Shown piece by piece: positions 59,201 through 64,000 of a stretch of 64,000 nt of DNA. Origin of the DNA: Yuukianura sp. NJ FZ-2021. Its lineage: Eukaryota. How positions within the stretch are numbered: position 1 is the stretch's first letter; every line of letters starts with the position of its first letter. Under the pieces are notes generated by a model that saw nothing but the letters and a program-made list of their open reading frames with translations, ran no database searches and was not told the origin of the DNA. The stretch lies in assembly GCA_046563655.1 (NCBI GenBank), contig CM102286.1, positions 5,332,001 through 5,396,000 on the forward strand, given 5' to 3'. Position numbers and translations under genes: made by a program.

Positions 59201-62051
59201 ACGAAGGCAAAATTCAATTTCGTTTTTCCTGTTGCATTTTCTGTTCTGAGAAATTCTGTACAATTGAGTTGTGTCATTATTTGATTAAAGTGAAAAAAGG
59301 TTGAAAGCGCCATAAGTTAAGCTTCCTACAAGAGACGACATTTTATTTATTTGAAATCGGCGGAAGCTTTCTTGTGCTTAAAGCTTAGAAAGAACAGCGC
59401 CAACAATCCAATTGAAAGGAAAAATCATTATGAGTAACCCAAAACCACTCTGTAAGTATAAAAGCAGTTGAAGAAAATGATGAAAAAGTTATTCTTGACG
59501 TTTAGGTGAGTGGATTGAGCTTAACCCTTTTCTTTTCAAATCTCCCGCCCTGCTTTCCACCTTCCAGCAAAATCTCCATTGAGAAAATGGAGATGATGAA
59601 AAATCGAAATTCCTTTTTGAGTAAGGGCAAGGCTGAGAGGGAGATCACATTATTCATTCTCTCAAATGTCATTCCGCCTTCATCTCCTTTCCTTTAATTT
59701 TCAATTTCAGAGTTCCATTCTTAGTCATAGTAGTTCTTATGTTAGACGCCTAAAAGTCCTTTTAACAAAGTCATATAAATTTACTACTAATCATCTCAGT
59801 GTCACCTTACCAATCATTCTTTTCTTTTCCCTAGGAATTTCACAATGAAATCTGGAAATTCCGAGGAAAAGTGCACCAAAGAGAGTGAAAGTCAAGCTGT
59901 CACTTACTGTTTCCTTGGAGCTTTCTAATCGCCTGTCATCCAACCACCAGGTAATGTGTGCCGGAGGTCTCGACCCCACAGATTGACATAATAAATCATA
60001 CTTCTTCCCGGCCGTGATGCGACTGCTTTTGCCCAAAATTGACACTTCAATCGGGCTGACTGTGGACACAAAAGAGAAGAAGAAGATCATGCAAATTGGT
60101 TATACATTAATTCCAGCAAAAACAATCTTTGGAGATGCAAATCCTTGGAGTAAATGGGTTTCAGCACTGGAGCCCTTAATAAAAGTAAACACTGCTGAAA
60201 CGGAGATAGTGGAGCGAGAAAGGAGTGTGATTTTCAAATGTAGTTATGCGGGAGACTTTCAAGAGTTTGGAAAGAATTGTCGCCGTTGTTTTGGTTTGGT
60301 TCATTAGAACTCTCGTTGCTAGGCTTTGGACATGGATTTTGAAAGTGTCTAAGCTACAACATTGGAATTGGACAAAAACGTCCAAAGCTGTTTGAACAAG
60401 AAGATGGACAGTGCCCAAGTGAATAGGATAGGAAAATGGTTACGTGATTCTTGTAGCGCTGCTTTTTTCGTTGTTTTGTTAACGGACATGTCGGTTGTAA
60501 AATTCTCATGCTGAGCTCGTATTCTGACGAGATCGCATGGGAAATGCAATATTTCGCTTGTCAGTACAGTGAAAACATTGATTTATTTTGGTGGGATTTG
60601 GACTAGAAAAACAAATCAACTCGTGAAAAAACTCCAATTTTAAATAATATGTTCAAAAATTTAAACAAAAAAAATTTTTTTTTTTTTTTTTTTTTTTTTT
60701 GTTGGGAAAATACAAAAATTGACTTTATTCATACTTTCATATTTTTCACTTTCACCTGCCGCAGCAGGTTTAAAAATTCATAAAAAAATTGTTCAATTTT
60801 CAATTCAACAAAAAAATTGTTCCTAGGAAACATAAAGAAAGCACTTATCGCCTTCCTAATTCGGCCTAATTTTTTGAAAATTTTTAGTTTCATTTTTTTA
60901 GGAAAGATGTGAGGAAGTAGCAGTTAAGTGAAGGAGAAAAGGAAGTGCCAAGTTGAGATAATCCATAAAATGCCCAACTTTGGAGACAAGATAAAGGGCG
61001 TTTTACCACTAGCACTTTCCTTTTGCCCATCAGTGCTTGCCGCCTCTACCCTTTAAAAGATGGAATTGAACTGTAAAAGTTGAGAGTTCAAAACTTCTTC
61101 AACTCCCTTTACTTTTAAAAAGTGAGAAGAAAAAGATAAAAGGGAAAGCCAGTTAAAAGCTAGAAGAGCAAGACAAGACGCTTTCTTCAGAAAGTTTTGA
61201 AATTCGTATTCCGAGGGCATAAAACTTTTCATTTAATATCCATATCGAAATCCTAAATTAGGACTTATGATGGAGGCTTTTAATATGAAAAATAGAAAGG
61301 CAAAGAATTCTCTCTCACTCGCAGCCTAGATTTGTTCTTGGAAAAAATTAACCTCTTGGCAAAATTTAAACTGTAATCAAAACTTTCTTTTGGAAAAGGA
61401 AATAAACTGACTCCGAAAGTTTAAAAAAATTTTGATCCATAGATAAAGAATTTTTTTTTCAAAACGGTTTTTTCGCTTTTCTTACTTCGTGATTCGGACA
61501 AACTCAGTGCTTTTATTGCATTTAAAAAAAAAAGTTTCAAAACTGCATTTTTTTGTTCTAGAAAATTTGTTTTTGAAAAATTATACAGCGAGAGTTTTTG
61601 GTAAGGTGGAAATGACGTCAAAACTTTTCATTGTATAACTTCTTATTGCCTAGTTTTAAGTTTTTTCAGCGCCAGATATTGCTGGGTGCACAGTTTTGAC
61701 TTGAAATTTCAAAAACAACTTTTTTAGTTCTCTAAATTTGATACATTTCTAATCGGATTTTTCAATTTCCGAAGTTTCGATTTCAAGAATAATGGAGGAC
61801 TTTTAAAAGTTGATGGATTTGCTTGAATGAAAGGCAAAAGATTGACTTACAGTTCATGTCCAAATGGACGGTAGTTGCAAGGGGGCGACTAATGTTGTTG
61901 TTACTAGCTTCGCAAGTTAGTTCAGCATGGAGGTCGGACCTTGCGAGTATAGCAATGTTCAGATCATTCTTTACAATTCCATTGGAATTGAAATCACTCG
62001 TGTCAATCAGCTTCCCGTTTCTGTACCAGACAACGTGTGGAGGAGGAGTTC
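34873..62051 (-). CDS. Sidestep-family (nephrin-like) Ig-superfamily type I membrane protein, paralog B; 5'-partial multi-exon gene continuing beyond the window
   Basis: Minus-strand exons 62051-61851, 60059-59908, 58759-58615, 56183-56053, 55378-55219, 54511-54349, 50972-50842, 50162-49854, 47517-47290, 46532-46363, 35274-34873. All are GT-AG with compatible phases (2192 nt). Motifs DLHAELTCEASN, GSRPPAHITWW, NQSLVLQ, FNNSAES, ELDYGTLLCWATN, EGFNGGLPQYF, TM, DEKNPDVIP, ESTV*. Ig1 and the first half of Ig2 are not in the window. Confidence 0.93.
37005..39414 (+). CDS. Divergent ionotropic receptor (IR, iGluR-related chemoreceptor)-like protein, nested antisense in the last intron of Side paralog B
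   Basis: ATG 37005 begins a signal-peptide-like MASVEFSRYFLLFFIPFLTA. ORF 37888-39414 has IR topology: M1 AFDGCVWLCLGLIL.., re-entrant LMLIGALFENS, M3 IVLSNGYRGVMITGIVSP, IDNL, FMESG, M4 PLDLGSKVCTLFLVCL..FLYE. The two ORFs join in frame (731 aa) if 37657-37870 (GTTTGA...TAACAG) is an intron; otherwise the gene is disrupted. Confidence 0.8.
46363..46532 (-). CDS. Side paralog B exon, cytoplasmic
   Basis: tcacag|AC TCG; SEEVEYYRKRQQHISTIDTSP...EYCTLRLNG..PKYL; |gtaagg. Confidence 0.82.
47290..47517 (-). CDS. Side paralog B exon, transmembrane and juxtamembrane region
   Basis: ttgcag|CT AAG; TM LSILIGVCAALVIVFLIILAL, basic RIRRQRRR, DSDEKNPDVIPQ; G|gtaacg. Confidence 0.9.
49854..50162 (-). 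CDS. Side paralog B exon, FN3 domain
   Basis: tttcag|GT CGG; RPDSVHNCSVAN...EGFNGGLPQYF...YAANNKGRS...LPEKILTREK; C|gtaaga. Confidence 0.92.
50842..50972 (-). CDS. Side paralog B exon, Ig5 second half (not in ORF track)
   Basis: ctctag|G AAT; NSGTRSVVTYTPMTELDYGTLLCWATNKIGDQRVPCVYHIIAA; G|gtaagg. Confidence 0.92.
52304..53903 (+). mobile_element. Full-length pogo/Tigger-type (IS630-Tc1-mariner group) DNA transposon, 1600 bp
   Basis: 26-bp TIRs at 52304-52329 (CAGAGACACCTCTAAGATACAAACTC) and 53878-53903 (reverse complement, 1 mismatch). TA on both flanks (52302-52303, 53904-53905). 10-bp subterminal inverted pair GATACCGTAA at 52355-52364 / 53832-53841. Encloses a transposase gene. Confidence 0.93.
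52514..53772 (+). CDS. pogo/Tigger transposase (psq-type HTH, CENP-B HTH, DDE_1-type catalytic domain), 3 exons, 360 aa
   Basis: Exons 52514-52681 (AAG|gtcagt), 52788-53157 (ttgcag|AAA..G|gtggga), 53228-53772 (gaatag|GG..TAA) give 1083 nt in frame. Motifs ICAKYSIAKSTLS, IKEKAR, SNGWFEKFQKR, IFNADES, SKERVT, IGKSKNPRCFK, AWMT, LDNFSGH, LPPNTTS..QPLD; DD31D. AATAAA at 53796-53801. Confidence 0.92.
54349..54511 (-). CDS. Side paralog B exon, Ig5 first half
   Basis: ttccag|AC TCG; SPTCRPNQVRVHGVAK...CDVDANP..FRWTFNNSAESIDVPGSRY; AG|gttagt (phase 2). Confidence 0.88.
55219..55378 (-). CDS. Side paralog B exon, Ig4 second half
   Basis: tttcag|GGC; GKLLGHNISAGVIMTNQSLVLQRVTRVSAGNYTCIGKSSEGEGESKAFFLDVL; T|gtaagt; 160 nt. 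Confidence 0.92.
56053..56183 (-). CDS. Side paralog B exon, Ig4 first half (not in ORF track)
   Basis: ttgcag|AT GCT; APETRLKLGSSLSGDYIKEGSDVYFDCVIDANPPVTKVDWRHN; |gtaagt; 131 nt. Confidence 0.92.
56347..56359. promoter_or_regulatory. Candidate ecdysone-response element (IR1)
   Basis: AGGTCA-A-TGACCC matches the RGKTCA-N-TGAMCY inverted-repeat consensus bound by EcR/USP; motif match only. Confidence 0.35.
58615..58759 (-). CDS. Side paralog B exon, Ig3 second half (not in ORF track)
   Basis: ttgcag|ACC; TSKDGNTTTSALVLVPEKEDSGKTLSCRAENSIIPSKVLDDGWKLEVL; T|gtaagt; 145 nt. Confidence 0.92.
59908..60059 (-). CDS. Side paralog B exon, Ig3 first half
   Basis: ccacag|TC AGC; SPIEVSILG...LLCQSVGSRPPAHITWW...KET; |gtaagt; 152 nt like the paralog A exon. 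Confidence 0.92.
60675..60700. repeat. T26 homopolymer (A26 on the minus strand)
   Basis: 26 consecutive T, directly preceded by A8. Confidence 0.9.
61851..62051 (-). CDS. Side paralog B exon, Ig2 second half (not in ORF track)
   Basis: ttgcag|GA ACT; TPPPHVVWYRNGKLIDTSD...DLHAELTCEASNNNISRPLATTVHLDMN; T|gtaagt. Confidence 0.92.
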
Positions 62052-64000
62052 CTGCAAATAAAAAACAAGCGATGAAAACAGACGGAAATCAAGCACGGTC
62101 CAGCGATATTGCGACTTTCAACATAGTAGTTCTCTACGTTGAAAAAAACGAATCACAAGTCATCAATCAATCCTCTTTCCTCGAGTTCTCTCCAAAAAAC
62201 GACTTTCAAACAAGATAAATGTAATGAAGATATAGGGAAATCAATTTCTTATTTTCCAAAAGAAAAGTCTTCGTATACTTGGAGACATTCATTTTCATTT
62301 ACGGAGTTGAATTTCAACTATCAAAGTCTCTTTTTGGCAATGTGACTTGCCTTTGTTTCCTTTTCCTTTGGGACTTGCAAAACTCCCAAATGAAATGGAC
62401 AAACTTTTTACACCAAATTCTTTTTCTAGCAAATTTTTTCTCTTCTTTCTTCAGCTTGTTTAGCTTTCTTCGTGATTTTATGTTGCTTTTTCAGGATATT
62501 GCGTTGCTTTTTTAGCATGTCTTGCAAATTACTCGTGCTACACATCGGAAATCAAAAACTGCCGCCGATTCAAAGTTAGGCCCATAGTCAAACAAAGTTT
62601 GTTGAAGAGGTGATTGCCCTCTCCAGAACAGTCTTCTTCTGGCTGAAATGGCGCACGACCTCAATTACCCTGTCATACGTGTGTCCCCCATGTGAAACCA
62701 AGTTTTGTTGGACAGTTTCCCTAGAAATTGTGATAGGAAAAGTTGAGGCTTTTGGAGACAATTTTGGATAATTTTCTCAAGATGTGAGCTAATCCATTTG
62801 GAAATGGGGAGAGTTGGACTTGGCGTGTGCTTGGACAGTTCTAGGACATCGTCCGTGCTTCATACAAGGCCATTGTCAACACATGGCAACGCAAGAGGAG
62901 ACATTGCCAAAGCCTGACACTAAAAAGTCCTAATGGCGACAACTCTAGCCGATTCCTGAGACGTACTTTTATTTTCGTCCATTGAAAGAAGAAGAAAGTG
63001 ACGTGGACGTGTGCGTAGAGCACTAGGAAGGTGAAGATTGAATCCCTTGTCTAACCTCTATTAGACATCCTGAAGGCATTATCCCCTGATAGAAAAACTT
63101 TGAACATTTCTTAAAAAACGAAAAAAGAATGGAAACGGTTTTGTAGTAGTAAGTAACTGGTGAAAGTAAAAGCTATAGGCAGTTTAACTTAAGAGCTGGT
63201 GGGAAATCCTCAGCTCTTCGTCCCACTCTGACTTTGTACTTAATGTGAAAAGTATTTTTAGTAAAGTAAAGGCACTTGGAACTGTTGAGACACTTAAGTC
63301 TCTTCCCTGATTTGGCACCCACTTTTCTCGCGCTCAATGTCTATACAAAAATTATATTGAGCCTCGGAAGTTCCATTTAGTGTCTAATGTTGTAGCATCC
63401 CTTGGGTTTTTATTCAATTGAAACTTTTTTTTTCGTAGAAACGCCGAAAAAGTATTGAATAAAATTGCTCTTCTCAAATTGCTCACCATACTTTATATGG
63501 TTCCCTCAAGGGGCTTCTGCTCAGTCCAAAGGCCTCTTTCTAAAAAAAAGACATTTCCCTATTTCAAATCCTTAACGACTTGGGTTTTGTTCTTTGAAAT
63601 TGTAAAAAAGCTTTTTTGGAGCCAACGGAAATGCTCGTGCCCGAACAATTTATTCCTTCTTTCTATGTCGGTTCTGTTACTATGTTATGCATTGCCTTTA
63701 GACTTTATGATGGAAGAAGAAGCATTTGGATTGGTCGAATGTAAAGCAATGCTCTGGCGGTCAATCAGAATTTCACTTATGAAAACTGATGTGTTTTACG
63801 TTGGTTCTGAAAAGAAAGTTTCAGCTTTCACCGCACACTCTTCTCCTTTGCAAAGTTTCTTTTTAGGTTAGACAAAATTCCTCCAGGACTTGGCATTTTT
63901 TCAAAGAAAATTTGAAAAGAAAACGAGGCTCTAAGGGAATACGGTTATTTTAAACTACGTTGAACTACATTTTACTACAAACAAAATGAACTCAAATGCA

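Noticed and set aside
61823..62218. 131-aa plus-strand ORF
   Set aside because: Antisense shadow of the paralog B Ig2 exon.
1..64000. Prokaryotic-type systems (CRISPR arrays, operons, rRNA, intact tRNA genes)
   Set aside because: None seen; the window is intron-rich animal DNA.

Overview
AT-rich eukaryotic genomic DNA with spliceosomal GT-AG introns. It is arthropod, and a springtail-like hexapod is my inference from the gene styles, not proven. Two Sidestep/nephrin-like Ig-superfamily paralogs (5 Ig + FN3 + TM + cytoplasmic tail, both ending ESTV*) lie tail-to-tail. Gene A is on + (12 exons traced, 5970-28236; signal-peptide exon not found). Gene B is on - (11 exons traced, 62051-34873; 5' part lies beyond the window). 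Their introns host three antisense passengers. (1) A 3-exon, 101-aa secreted acidic repeat peptide gene in gene A (22169-22665, -). (2) A divergent ionotropic-receptor (IR)-like gene in the last intron of gene B (37005-39414, +). (3) A structurally complete 1600-bp pogo/Tigger DNA transposon with 26-bp TIRs, TA target duplication and a two-intron, DD31D-intact transposase (52304-53903, +), sitting in an intron that gene A lacks. Smaller candidate signals include splice-site duplications and hairpins, nuclear-receptor elements, a tRNA-derived remnant and a short poly(A) retro-insertion. All models are hand-built from splice signals and reading-frame continuity, with no database searches. Most other ORFs in the track look like chance intronic frames.
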